IMG/VR virus record: IMGVR_UViG_3300012267_000003
Reading direction: 5' to 3' (one strand)
DNA: 64,000 nucleotides
Source: an uncultured virus (IMG/VR IMGVR_UViG_3300012267_000003)
Taxonomy: Duplodnaviria; Heunggongvirae; Uroviricota; Caudoviricetes
Shown here: positions 9,145 to 18,887 of the stretch, one piece after another
Position numbering within the stretch: position 1 is the stretch's first letter
Layout of the letters: each line of letters begins with the position of its first letter
The notes under the pieces: model-generated
The model's input: only the letters and a program-made list of their open reading frames with translations
What the model was told of the DNA's origin: nothing
Databases searched by the model: none
Position numbers and translations under genes: made by a program

Positions 9145-9416
9145 CGAATACGACAGATGTAGAAGATGATGCTTAATAAGAGATAGCTGTACCGCAGGTG
9201 AAAAAGCATAGCTTATAAGGCTGTGTTTATAGGGTCCGCTATGGGCTTGGTGGGGGATGGGTTTCAAGAACAGGATCTTGTTTTTATGAGATGCTTTTTA
9301 GGGAGATCTATAACTTTTCGACCGCTCTGCCCGGTTTTTGGGTATAATATAGTGAGTCCCTCTGATTTAGAGGGTGATCACGACCAAAAACAAGCAATAC
9401 CCCGAGGAGTTATTAC

Positions 9417-9680
9417 ATGCTTTACACGAACGAAGAAGACGGACCCAATATTGATGAGCTTCTGGAAGATTTTATCTGCGCTCTAGTATCTTCACCCGAA
9501 GATGTGGTGATTGATCGCGTAGAAACAAATTCTACCTTAATCTATACGATCGATGTGATCAGTGATGATCGAGGTAAAATTATTGGTAGAGGAGGTACGA
9601 TTATTAACAGCCTCAAAACCATTTTCAGGGCTCTTGGTTGTAAGCACGGCAAAAAAGTTCATCTAGAAATACAGGAATAA
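9417..9680 (+). CDS. KhpA-like single KH-domain RNA-binding protein
   Basis: LVSSPEDV..DDRGKIIGRGGTIINSLKTI..KKVHLEI; GAGGAG SD; TATAAT at 9343. Confidence 0.85.
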   Translation: MLYTNEEDGPNIDELLEDFICALVSSPEDVVIDRVETNSTLIYTIDVISDDRGKIIGRGGTIINSLKTIFRALGCKHGKKVHLEIQE

Positions 9681-9683
9681 ACT

Positions 9684-10268
9684 ATGGCTGATCAACGAGA
9701 GTTGGACGAATTAGTAGCCTATTTCGGAGCCGATAGTTTAGAGGGAGAGGGGGGTCAGAGATCGGAGGAAGAGATTCGACAGCGGCTTGAAGAGGTAGGA
9801 GTTGATCCTGATAATTTTGATTATATATGGGATCAACTAGAGTACTCATCTCTTGATGAGTCTCCAGAAGATCTGGATATTCTAGATTTTGATGGGTTAG
9901 AATCCGATGATTTTGACATGGCTCCCAGCTACTCTCAGTTTAAGTTTGAACTGGGGTGTAGGTTTGTGAATCGTGGAAATCCAGACGATGCTGTTATTGA
10001 GCAGAGATGGGAAGAGTTTGAGGAATTGGTGGTAGATGATCTTGCAGGTCATAAGTATTTCTTAGCTCATTTTTCTGAGCAAGACTTTGACTGGAATACG
10101 GCACTCATCGCTTTTTTGAACCACCAAGCTACTTTAGCTAGGGAAGCAGAGGTACACAGGACGTTGCTTGAGCAGCAACAGGAATCGGTTACCAGCGTAT
10201 CCATTAAAAAGATGGAGTTACCCTCCTCCTCTACTATGCGAATAACAGAAGAGGATCTTGATGAGTAA
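9684..10268 (+). CDS. acidic hypothetical protein
   Basis: 194-aa ORF in operon. Confidence 0.75.
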   Translation: MADQRELDELVAYFGADSLEGEGGQRSEEEIRQRLEEVGVDPDNFDYIWDQLEYSSLDESPEDLDILDFDGLESDDFDMAPSYSQFKFELGCRFVNRGNPDDAVIEQRWEEFEELVVDDLAGHKYFLAHFSEQDFDWNTALIAFLNHQATLAREAEVHRTLLEQQQESVTSVSIKKMELPSSSTMRITEEDLDE

Positions 10269-10530
10269 TGGCCTTCTCAAAACGGAACTACTTTGCTTTT
10301 CTTTATGGGATGGGGATATGAAAATACAGCTACCCTTCATGCCCGAAGGGCGAATGTTCTATCTCCATTTCACGATGCCCACTAAAGCTCGTATAGAGGG
10401 CCTTTTCCTTATTGAGAAGAGACTTGATATGTATGATACGAGAGAGGGCGGATATGTTCAGCGCTTACGTATCAAGCCTTATGAAGAGGAAAACTCTGAC
10501 GAAGAAACGCTCGATGGAGAAAAGGGCTAG
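10258..10530 (+). CDS. hypothetical protein
   Basis: 90-aa ORF overlapping the upstream gene. Confidence 0.65.
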   Translation: MMSNGLLKTELLCFSLWDGDMKIQLPFMPEGRMFYLHFTMPTKARIEGLFLIEKRLDMYDTREGGYVQRLRIKPYEEENSDEETLDGEKG

Positions 10531-10533
10531 GTC

Positions 10534-11229
10534 ATGTTAGTACTCACCGAGGATCGGCTAGCTGTTTTGGTGTCGTATTTCCTATCGCAGAGAATGGGGT
10601 ATCATTCTAGCGTATCTGAGGTCTTGGCGGGTCGTATTGAGGGAGAGCACCCTGCCGTTTTTAGTGACGTTAGAGATCGCTATGTGGAGCAAGATGTTCT
10701 GGATGTCTTAAATTACCTTTCGAGCTGTCCCAAAAAAGGGCATAAATGGGTTCCAGCTTATGAAGGTTGTTATTCAGCTACGAGAGAAGGTCAGGTTTTT
10801 TCTTGGTACCGGGATAAGAGGGCTTCGGTCAAAAGAGAGATCAAAAGCCACATGAAACAGTTGGGTGGTCGGTATTATGTGACCCCCTCTTTTCGGGGCA
10901 AGGGTTTCTCGATGCCCCGGTGCCGGGTTATTTTGTGGACCTTTGTAGGACCACCTCCTGACGACCAAGAGGACGCCTGTTACATTGATGGGGATTCGAC
11001 TAATGATCGACTGGATAATCTGAAATGGGTATCTCGCAGTGAGAATATCCACAATGCAATCCGAACTCAGGACAGCTCAGGAAAGCGCCGTGCCAAATTC
11101 CTCCCTCACCAAAAAGAGCGGATGGTGGAGCTATATAAAACCGGTGACTATTTCCAACAGGACATTGCCGAGATGTATGGTTGCACACAAGCCGCCGTCT
11201 CCTACATTATCAGTAAATACGACAAATAG
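10534..11229 (+). CDS. NUMOD4/HNH homing-endonuclease-like protein with C-terminal HTH, catalytic His apparently lost
   Basis: WVPAYEGCYSATREGQVFS (NUMOD4-like), TFVGPPP..ACYIDGDSTNDRLDNLKWVSRSEN, QQDIAEMYGCTQAAVSYI. Confidence 0.75.
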   Translation: MLVLTEDRLAVLVSYFLSQRMGYHSSVSEVLAGRIEGEHPAVFSDVRDRYVEQDVLDVLNYLSSCPKKGHKWVPAYEGCYSATREGQVFSWYRDKRASVKREIKSHMKQLGGRYYVTPSFRGKGFSMPRCRVILWTFVGPPPDDQEDACYIDGDSTNDRLDNLKWVSRSENIHNAIRTQDSSGKRRAKFLPHQKERMVELYKTGDYFQQDIAEMYGCTQAAVSYIISKYDK

Positions 11230-11237
11230 AGCCTCAC

Positions 11238-11250
11238 TAATCCTTTTGTA
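11238..11250 (+). promoter_or_regulatory. putative late-promoter motif
   Basis: TAATCCTTTTGTA upstream of 11296. Confidence 0.55.
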
Positions 11251-11295
11251 GATCACTATGAGTGATATACCCACTACAATTTTTTTGAGGTTTCT

Positions 11296-11784
11296 ATGTC
11301 TGATTTCAATCGATTAAAGCAGATCTTACGTAATCGCCCTTCTATAGGACGTCGAAAATCTCAACGTTTTGGTTATTCAGGACGACGGCGTAGGGTGGGT
11401 AAATACTCTTGGCAAAAGCAGTTGGCTAAACATTCCGATGAGTCTGCCAAAGCTTGTCAAAAAATACTGAGAAAAGTACCCGGCCTTACCGCACATCGAA
11501 TTACTGAGGGGGACGGATCTGAGAGTATCACTATCAAAAGTGATCGCCGAAAAGCCGAGGTTAAAATCGGAATTGACGCCTGTGATATCAAGAATATGAA
11601 ACACATCTGTACTATTATAGTAGATGGTGAAGAGGTGAAGAGAGAAGAGTACCCTATTGAGATGGAGGAGGCGGAGCTAGGAGAAGCTGCCGCTGATCTA
11701 TTACTAGCTGAGCTTCATTTAGCAGAGCCAGAAGAGGTAGAAGAGTTCGGTGAGGCTAGGGTTTTTTCATGGGCTAAGAGATGA
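11296..11784 (+). CDS. hypothetical protein (basic N-terminus, acidic C-terminus)
   Basis: GAGG SD, 162 aa. Confidence 0.75.
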   Translation: MSDFNRLKQILRNRPSIGRRKSQRFGYSGRRRRVGKYSWQKQLAKHSDESAKACQKILRKVPGLTAHRITEGDGSESITIKSDRRKAEVKIGIDACDIKNMKHICTIIVDGEEVKREEYPIEMEEAELGEAAADLLLAELHLAEPEEVEEFGEARVFSWAKR

Positions 11785-12290
11785 GTGATACGGAGTATCC
11801 TCAGTTTAGGGTGGCGAATTCCAGTCCAGAAGAGGATGGGGAGCTAGATTCTAAATGGAACGAGAAGCCTAATGCTCTTGATGTATTCAAATCAGTACCC
11901 GATGGTACCGTCCCACAGTACCGTTCTACAGGGTCTTATCCGCTGCGGTCTATGTCGACAGCGGAAGCCCTAAATACTATCCCCATTCTGGCTGTTTTGT
12001 TCTCTAAGGATCGGGTAAAGGTCCGGCCAGTTCCAGAAGGGGTACAAATTTCGGTTACGGATCACCACTTATATAGCAAGGGGCTTCGTGCAGCGTCTTC
12101 TACAAGACGCCAGTTTCAGAAGACCCTGAACCTTGATGATTGGGGTAGGGTTCGGTCAATCCTTGAAGATCCTGAGTATGCTGCTATACTAGGAAAGCTA
12201 CCGGGTGATCTGAGTAATCTCACCGTCGAAATGCAAAAATATCTCAGCCTATTAGAGGCGAGAATTGTCTCAATTTACGAAACAGAGTAA
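11781..12290 (+). CDS. hypothetical protein
   Basis: ATGA overlap with the upstream gene. Confidence 0.75.
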   Translation: MSDTEYPQFRVANSSPEEDGELDSKWNEKPNALDVFKSVPDGTVPQYRSTGSYPLRSMSTAEALNTIPILAVLFSKDRVKVRPVPEGVQISVTDHHLYSKGLRAASSTRRQFQKTLNLDDWGRVRSILEDPEYAAILGKLPGDLSNLTVEMQKYLSLLEARIVSIYETE

Positions 12291-12301
12291 CGGAGTACTA
12301 T

Positions 12302-12619
12302 ATGGCTGAAAAAAAGAATGACCCTCTAAATCCGGAAAAAGAGGTTCTGGATCCGGAAGAGATCGAGAAGGCGCTCAAAGCTGTGGAAGACGGCAAAGAG
12401 GCTCGGGAAGTTAATATAAGCTGCCGTCGTACCAGTCATGTAGAAGGTCGCCCCGGCGCTGCTACAAACTCCGATGCGGATATAGTAGGACCTAAATGCG
12501 ACTCTAATAGGGCCGTAGTGATTAGTGATCTCATGCCCAATGTAAGCCAGACAATGTACCGCTGCGTAGATTGTGGGTACTCTTGGGGTGTGAGTATGGG
12601 CGGTTATTTCCCTTACTAA
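12302..12619 (+). CDS. small zinc-ribbon-like protein
   Basis: C..C pair plus YRCVDCGYSW; GGAG SD. Confidence 0.65.
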   Translation: MAEKKNDPLNPEKEVLDPEEIEKALKAVEDGKEAREVNISCRRTSHVEGRPGAATNSDADIVGPKCDSNRAVVISDLMPNVSQTMYRCVDCGYSWGVSMGGYFPY

Positions 12620-12631
12620 AAGAGATTATAC

Positions 12632-12660
12632 TTGACCTATTGATCGAGCTATTATAGGGT
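12632..12660 (+). promoter_or_regulatory. sigma70-type promoter
   Basis: TTGACC-N17-TAGGGT. Confidence 0.45.
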
Positions 12661-12712
12661 TCGGTCAACGGGCATTCTGTATTACCACCACCTTTACCAC
12701 CACCACCATTAT

Positions 12713-13681
12713 ATGCTCTCAAACGTAAAAGGCCACAAACGGGTTATTTCCTATTTCAGGGAAACCCTAGCTACCCAAGGCGAGTTTCCTACTTGCCTTC
12801 TATTTCATGGTCCAGATGGGGTGGGTAAGCATACTCTGGCGGTATCGCTCGCTAAAGTGCTGAATTGCTCCAGGGATAAATCAGCATCCTGTGAGTGTTT
12901 GTCCTGTCGTAAAATTGATGGCGGTCACCATCTGGATGTTTTACAGTATGAGCCGGATGGAAACACGTTCAAAATTGATCAGGTGCGGGACCTTTTGGTA
13001 GAGGCGGATCAGAATAGAAAGGAAGGGGAGTATCGCATTTTCATTTTGGATGATATCCACCTCTTAAACGCTCAGTCGGCAGATGCTTTGTTGAAGACGC
13101 TGGAGGATGGCAGGCCCGATACTGTTTTCATTTTGCTAGCTACTTCTAGGTCTGAGATTGTCCCAACACTGCTCAGTAGGTCATTGGATTTTTATATGGG
13201 ACGGCTTTCTTATGAAGAGGTGCTGTCTGTATTATCTATGAAAGGGCACCGGGGCGTGACCGCACAGGAGGCGGCGCGGCTGTCCTCTGGGTCCGTATCA
13301 ACGGCTCTTTTTTACTTAGACGGGCCGGGTTTTGAGATACGCAATGACGCACTGTCCCTTTTGCAGGATTACCCGAAGGTTAATGATTTTCAGGTAATCA
13401 TGAAACTCAATGATTACGAGGGTGATCGCCTGTACGAACTGATAGATGCCGTCTATGTTTTACTGTCTGATCTATGCGTAGCACAACGGGGCCTCACCTT
13501 GTTTATACAAAATCAAGACCAAGAGCAACGGATCTGCGCACTTTCGGATCGGTTAGGTCCACAATGTTTTAATGCTTTCTGTGAGGTACGTGATTTACGT
13601 CAAAGGCGCGCGGAGTCCGTGGCATTTGCACACCATGCAAAGGCTACTTTACTGAATCTCAAAGATGTGTTTCGAGCATGA
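12713..13681 (+). CDS. holB: DNA polymerase III clamp-loader delta' subunit
   Basis: LLFHGPDGVGK, Zn motif C..CECLSCRK, HLDV, IDQVRDL, ADALLKTLE, TLLSRS. Confidence 0.85.
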   Translation: MLSNVKGHKRVISYFRETLATQGEFPTCLLFHGPDGVGKHTLAVSLAKVLNCSRDKSASCECLSCRKIDGGHHLDVLQYEPDGNTFKIDQVRDLLVEADQNRKEGEYRIFILDDIHLLNAQSADALLKTLEDGRPDTVFILLATSRSEIVPTLLSRSLDFYMGRLSYEEVLSVLSMKGHRGVTAQEAARLSSGSVSTALFYLDGPGFEIRNDALSLLQDYPKVNDFQVIMKLNDYEGDRLYELIDAVYVLLSDLCVAQRGLTLFIQNQDQEQRICALSDRLGPQCFNAFCEVRDLRQRRAESVAFAHHAKATLLNLKDVFRA

Positions 13682-14637
13682 AAACTCCTACTATAGAATG
13701 GGCTTCTGAGCCTAACGTGGTCATCCTAGACGGGAGTGAGGAGTATTTCAAAGACCAGCAGATCCGGTACGCCAGATCTACGATGGATGATTACAGATAT
13801 ATCCTTCACTGGGCAGGTATAGACTCCGATGCAGCAATTGCGAATCAGCTTTTTGAGGGATCATTTATCCCGGTCAAAAAGCTGATTGTTATTCGTGACG
13901 CAAACAAAGTCGCTAAAAAAGATATGCTGGTTGATTACTGCGAGTCACCTAACCCAGATAGTGTGGTGGTATTAGTTGCCTCTACGGGTCGGAAACCTAA
14001 GTGGTTTACGTCGTTGAAATGTGACGAGAAAGCTAAATGTGATAAGCCGAAGTCTTGGGAGATTAAAGACTGGTTGGTAGAGTATTGTAGGGGCCAAGGG
14101 TATACGTTGCAGTCCTCATACGCGGATGCGTTGCAGTCTAATGTGGGGGATGATCTGTATGCGCTCACAAATGAGCTGGAAAAAGTGTTCCTGACCATGA
14201 GAGAGGGTAGGACTACGATCGGTCCTTCTGATATCACGTCGGTACTGGTACAGCATAAGCCGATCAACCCTTTCAATGTGCTGGAGGCGTGGTGCCTACA
14301 AGACTCCACGCAGGCACTTCGTATGGCCTCTATTTATTTCCACCAGTCGTCGGATCAGTATGCGTGCTTGCCCTTGATCTCGATGTTTTTAGGTCAGATC
14401 GAAAAAATGATTTTATTCGAGTCTTACTCGAAGAATGAGTTCAAGAAAAACGACGTGTGCAGCATGATGAGTATTTCTCATTATGTGTACGACAAGCTCC
14501 AGAGACAAACCATGCACTGGTCATTAGTGGATCTTCGCAAAGCCTATATTGATATGTGCGAGATCGAGTCTCAGACGAAACGTGGAAGTAACGGAACCCT
14601 TTTGATTAACTGGTTTTTAAGCCAAGATTTTAGCTAA
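13678..14637 (+). CDS. holA: DNA polymerase III clamp-loader delta subunit
   Basis: VILDGSEEYF, KKLIVIRDA, VGDDLYALTNELEKV, ITSV. Confidence 0.75.
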   Translation: MKTPTIEWASEPNVVILDGSEEYFKDQQIRYARSTMDDYRYILHWAGIDSDAAIANQLFEGSFIPVKKLIVIRDANKVAKKDMLVDYCESPNPDSVVVLVASTGRKPKWFTSLKCDEKAKCDKPKSWEIKDWLVEYCRGQGYTLQSSYADALQSNVGDDLYALTNELEKVFLTMREGRTTIGPSDITSVLVQHKPINPFNVLEAWCLQDSTQALRMASIYFHQSSDQYACLPLISMFLGQIEKMILFESYSKNEFKKNDVCSMMSISHYVYDKLQRQTMHWSLVDLRKAYIDMCEIESQTKRGSNGTLLINWFLSQDFS

Positions 14638-14647
14638 AAGAAGCGAT

Positions 14648-15898
14648 ATGATAAAAGTACAAAAGAGAGACGGGTCCTTTGAGGACTTTAATACTCAGAA
14701 GATTAAAATAGCAGTTGAGAACACCATGAGGGAGGTGGGACCCCCTCACGTAGATCCTGATGTGTCGGCTAAACTATCTGATCAAGTGTATCTACATTTC
14801 ACCGACAGTGTAGAGGTGGGGGGCATACTAAGTGTGGATGATATCCACGTGATGGTGGAGAACACCCTCATGGATATGAAGCTCTTTGAGGTGGCACGAA
14901 AGTATATCACCTACCGTGATCGAAATAAGCCCGATATTTTGCGGAAACGAGAGCTTTACAAGCCTTTCGAGTATCCAGAACTAAACAAATATTTGGATGC
15001 GATTCAGGAATCCTACTGGATTCATACAGAGTTCAATTACAACGGGGATATTCAGGATTTTAAAGTGAATCTGGAGCCACACCAGCGGGAATGTATCCGC
15101 CGGTGTATGTTGGCCATCTCCACCGTTGAGGTGAAGGTTAAAGACCTCTGGGCCAAGATAGGGGATCGTTTCCCAAAGCCAGAGATTGCAGAAGTAGGAA
15201 TCACCTTTGGGGAGAGTGAAGTACGGCACGCCAGAGCCTATTCGAAGCTTCTGGAGTTGTTGGGCTTGAATAGTGACTTTGAAGAGGTGTGGGAGGTACC
15301 TGCGATCAAAAAGCGTATGGAGTACCTCGGCAAAGCTATGGCAGGGACGAATTCCGATAGTATCGAAGACTATATCGAAACCCTTCTATACTTCACCCTG
15401 TTCGTGGAGAATGTGTCTCTCTTTAGTCAGTTTTTGATTATCTCTGCGTTCAACAAAGAAGATGGGGTCCTTAAAGGGATGTCGAATGCTATCAGTGCTA
15501 CGTCTTTGGAGGAGAACCTCCATGCGATGTTTGGCGCAGACCTTATTAACGTTCTTAGAGAGGAGCGGCCTAGTATCTTTACGGAAGAGCTTGGTGATCG
15601 GGTTCGGCAGATGACGATGCAATCTTTTGCAGCGGAGTCCGCTATCATTGATTGGATTTTTGAGAAAGGGGATGATGGTAGGAAAGGTGAAGTACTGGAG
15701 TATATTAAAAATCGGTATAACACAGGACTGGAAAGTTGTGGTTTCGATTCCTGTTTTGAAGTTGATTCCGAGCTATTAAAAGCTACGGGTTGGTTTGATC
15801 TGCAAGTAAGTGCGACGTCGCACTTCGATTTCTTTGCGAAACGGTCTACCAACTACACCAAAAAATCTCAGTCCTTCACCGGGGACGACCTGTTTTAA
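14648..15898 (+). CDS. nrdB: class I ribonucleotide reductase beta subunit with N-terminal ATP-cone
   Basis: VQKRDGSFEDFNTQKI ATP-cone; ESEVRHARAY, VENVSLFSQF, EENLH; DFFAKRSTNY. Confidence 0.93.
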   Translation: MIKVQKRDGSFEDFNTQKIKIAVENTMREVGPPHVDPDVSAKLSDQVYLHFTDSVEVGGILSVDDIHVMVENTLMDMKLFEVARKYITYRDRNKPDILRKRELYKPFEYPELNKYLDAIQESYWIHTEFNYNGDIQDFKVNLEPHQRECIRRCMLAISTVEVKVKDLWAKIGDRFPKPEIAEVGITFGESEVRHARAYSKLLELLGLNSDFEEVWEVPAIKKRMEYLGKAMAGTNSDSIEDYIETLLYFTLFVENVSLFSQFLIISAFNKEDGVLKGMSNAISATSLEENLHAMFGADLINVLREERPSIFTEELGDRVRQMTMQSFAAESAIIDWIFEKGDDGRKGEVLEYIKNRYNTGLESCGFDSCFEVDSELLKATGWFDLQVSATSHFDFFAKRSTNYTKKSQSFTGDDLF

Positions 15899-15911
15899 TC
15901 TAGGAGCTAGA

Positions 15912-17594
15912 ATGTCATTTGAATGGTTAAATAAAAACTCCCGTAAATTCCTTATTAATGGATACCTTTCCGAGGGAGAAACTCCCGAAGGTCGTGTGCG
16001 GGATATTGCAGAACATGCCGAAAAACTTTTAGGCATCGAAGGCTTTGCTGATAAGTTCTACAGCTACGCCAGCAAGGGCTGGTACAGTTTTAGTAGCCCA
16101 GTGTGGGGCAACTACGGAAAAGAGCGGGGACTCCCTGTGAGTTGCTTTGGGTCGTGGATTGGGGATAGCATTGGAGAGATCCTATATGCACAGTCCGAAG
16201 TTGGTATGATGAGTAAGATGGGCGGTGGTACGAGTGGTTATTTCGGGGACATCCGTCCAAGAGGTAGTCAGATCACGGACAACGGGAAAACGTCCGGGTC
16301 CGTCCATTTCATGGAACTCTTTGACAAGATTACTGACGTTATTTCTCAGGGTAATATGCGCCGGGGCCGAATGGCACCTTACCTTCCCGTAGAGCACGCA
16401 GATATTGAGGAGTTTTTGCAAGTGGGTACGGAAGGCCATCCCATTCAGTCTATGACCACCGGTGTTACCGTAACCGACGCATGGCTCCAAGATATGATTG
16501 ATGGAGATCTGGAAAAGAGGCAGGTCTGGGCTAAGGTGTTGCAGTCTAGGAGTGAGATAGGCTATCCTTATGTAATGTTTAAGGATAATGCCAACCGAAA
16601 CAAACCGGACGTGTATCAAGATAAAGGTATGGAAATAGTGGCATCCAACCTTTGTACTGAAATTATGCTTCCGGAAAGGGCGGACGAGTCCTTTGTGTGC
16701 GTGCTCTCTTCCATAAACGCTCTCCACTATGATGAGTGGAAAGACACGGATGCTGTCGAGACAATGATCTACTTTCTGGATACGGTAGTAACCGAGCTGC
16801 TCAATAAGCTCGAAGCTTACCGTGACTCAGAAGACGGAGAGGATCAGATCGTCTTTGAATTTATGAAAAGGGCCTACCGGTTCGCCAAGAGACATCGGGC
16901 TCTTGGGGCTGGTATTCTAGGTCTACATTCTTTATATCAGTCTCGGATGCTTCCCTTTGACTCTAAAGAGGCCGCCAAGTTGAACTATGAGGTTTTTCGT
17001 ACTCTAAACGAAAAGTCCTACGCAGCTTCTCGGGAACTAGCTACCAAGTTTGGAGAGCCAGAAGTTTTAGAGGGGTATGGCCGAAGGAACACTACACTAA
17101 ATGCTGTAGCCCCTACGACAAGCTCTAGCTTTATACTGGGGCAGGTGTCGCAGTCTATCGAGCCTTTTATGAGCAACTATTACATTAAAGACCTTGCGAA
17201 GCTGAAAGCGGAGATCAAGAACCCTTTTCTAGAGAAGATTCTAGAGGAGAAGGGTAATAATATTACCGAAATATGGCAGAGTATCGCAGAGCGGGACGGT
17301 AGTGTACAACATCTTGATTTTTTAACCGACCATGAGAAGGAAGTTTTTCGCACTTTCAAAGAGATCAATCCCACGGCTATTCTCAATCAGGCTGGTGTCC
17401 GTCAGGAGTATCTTGACCAGACGCAATCCCTAAACCTTATGATCTCTTCGGATTACAGCGTTAAGGAGATCAATCAATTGATGATTCTGGCCTGGGCGCT
17501 AGGGCTTCCTACGTTGTACTACCAGCACAGTGTTAACGCAGCACAAGATTTTGCTCGTAGTCGACTTATGGAGTGTAAAGCCTGTGAAGCTTAA
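15912..17594 (+). CDS. nrdA: class I ribonucleotide reductase alpha subunit (no ATP-cone)
   Basis: PVSCF, GGGTS, SNLCTEI, VCVLSS, APTTSSS, LYY, C-terminal CKAC; start at the ATG after an AGGAG SD. Confidence 0.95.
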   Translation: MSFEWLNKNSRKFLINGYLSEGETPEGRVRDIAEHAEKLLGIEGFADKFYSYASKGWYSFSSPVWGNYGKERGLPVSCFGSWIGDSIGEILYAQSEVGMMSKMGGGTSGYFGDIRPRGSQITDNGKTSGSVHFMELFDKITDVISQGNMRRGRMAPYLPVEHADIEEFLQVGTEGHPIQSMTTGVTVTDAWLQDMIDGDLEKRQVWAKVLQSRSEIGYPYVMFKDNANRNKPDVYQDKGMEIVASNLCTEIMLPERADESFVCVLSSINALHYDEWKDTDAVETMIYFLDTVVTELLNKLEAYRDSEDGEDQIVFEFMKRAYRFAKRHRALGAGILGLHSLYQSRMLPFDSKEAAKLNYEVFRTLNEKSYAASRELATKFGEPEVLEGYGRRNTTLNAVAPTTSSSFILGQVSQSIEPFMSNYYIKDLAKLKAEIKNPFLEKILEEKGNNITEIWQSIAERDGSVQHLDFLTDHEKEVFRTFKEINPTAILNQAGVRQEYLDQTQSLNLMISSDYSVKEINQLMILAWALGLPTLYYQHSVNAAQDFARSRLMECKACEA

Positions 17595-17619
17595 TCCAAC
17601 CTGAATTTAGGAGAAGACG

Positions 17620-18201
17620 ATGACTTTTAAAGAAGAGCTGAATAAGCTAGCTGCAAAAAACCCGGATATAGAGGGTTCCTTTTCTAGAGTGGCAGCCGTA
17701 ATTGAGGAGATGAGGCGGGCGGAAGATGAAGAGGAGTATGTTAGTGGGGATTACGATTCTCGTCCAGATACTTATGCTCATATCCAAACGGTACAGAAAT
17801 ACATGAATGTCTGTGTCCAAGATCTTATGGATAGGGCTTTGGTACACGATCAGTCTAAATTGAAGTCTCCCGAGAGAGAAATTTTCGATGAATACACTCC
17901 CAAACTTCGGGACTCCACTTATGGGTCTGACGAGTATGAGGGTTTTCGGGAAGGCATGGGAGAGGCTCTAGATCACCATTATGCTAATAATAGCCACCAC
18001 CCTGAATTCTATGAAAATGGGATTGAGGATATGTCACTTATGGATGTAGTAGAAATGCTATGCGACTGGAAGGCGGCTACTGAGAGACATGAGGACGGCG
18101 ACTTGATGTCGTCTATTGAGATCAATCAAGAGAGATTTGGTTATTCAGATGAGATGAAAGCTATTCTCATTAACACAGCAGAATGGTTAGAATCTCAGTA
18201 A
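17620..18201 (+). CDS. DUF5662-like HD-superfamily protein with an extra N-terminal segment
   Basis: HI..V..HDQSKL..E..HHYANNSHHPE..DM..EMLCDW. Confidence 0.7.
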   Translation: MTFKEELNKLAAKNPDIEGSFSRVAAVIEEMRRAEDEEEYVSGDYDSRPDTYAHIQTVQKYMNVCVQDLMDRALVHDQSKLKSPEREIFDEYTPKLRDSTYGSDEYEGFREGMGEALDHHYANNSHHPEFYENGIEDMSLMDVVEMLCDWKAATERHEDGDLMSSIEINQERFGYSDEMKAILINTAEWLESQ

Positions 18202-18211
18202 GTTTCGATGG

Positions 18212-18261
18212 TAATCTTTTGATAAGCCCGTGGATTAGACCCGTCCACGGGCTTTTTCTTT
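18212..18261 (+). promoter_or_regulatory. late-promoter motif abutting an intrinsic terminator
   Basis: TAATCTTTTGATA, then AAGCCCGTGGA/TCCACGGGCTT stem with a T-tail. Confidence 0.6.
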
Positions 18262-18279
18262 AGAACTTCGGAGAGACAA

Positions 18280-18582
18280 ATGAGCATTGTAAAACAGCTA
18301 GTCAGATTAGGGAAGGTTCGTAAGGACCTTAGACATCACATCCGTCCCGTACTCGCAGAGTTGAAAACTGCCGGTGCTTTATATAATTACGACCAACTCG
18401 TAGAATCTCTCTCGATGGTAGCTCGAAACGAAGGTCGGTTCTATTCCAATCGAGATGCTAAAGGTGCTGTGGACGCTGCCGCAAAGCAGATCCAGTCCAC
18501 TTTTCTCAAAGACGTTAGAGATGCTAAGAGAGATGCGGTACGAGATGTAGATCGAGTATGGAGTCAGTGGGACGGTGAGTGA
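18280..18582 (+). CDS. small protein with shared N-terminal tag
   Basis: MSIVKQLVRLGKVRKDLRHHIRPVLAELKTA. Confidence 0.8.
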   Translation: MSIVKQLVRLGKVRKDLRHHIRPVLAELKTAGALYNYDQLVESLSMVARNEGRFYSNRDAKGAVDAAAKQIQSTFLKDVRDAKRDAVRDVDRVWSQWDGE

Positions 18583-18629
18583 TGTTAGTATAGGGGGGTT
18601 ATTTCAGTAAGTTACGGGAGTTAAGTATT

Positions 18630-18887
18630 ATGTCTAAGATTGGTTTTGACGATAATCTCAGTTTAGGGTATATTCTGGAGGGTGTCCTTCGTAAAAATAA
18701 GAAGGGTACGTGGTTCATAGAGAAACACGACGGCTCTCTGGAACGTCTGGGGGATGCACTAGATCGGTATAAGAACAAAGAGATTCGCCTGACAATGGTG
18801 GATCTTATGGAAGCTGAGTATTTGCAGGATATACTACAACAACGAGGAAACGAAGATGACGATGGAAGAGACGGGACGGATAAGTGA
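18630..18887 (+). CDS. hypothetical protein
   Basis: GGGAG SD, 85 aa. Confidence 0.7.
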   Translation: MSKIGFDDNLSLGYILEGVLRKNKKGTWFIEKHDGSLERLGDALDRYKNKEIRLTMVDLMEAEYLQDILQQRGNEDDDGRDGTDK

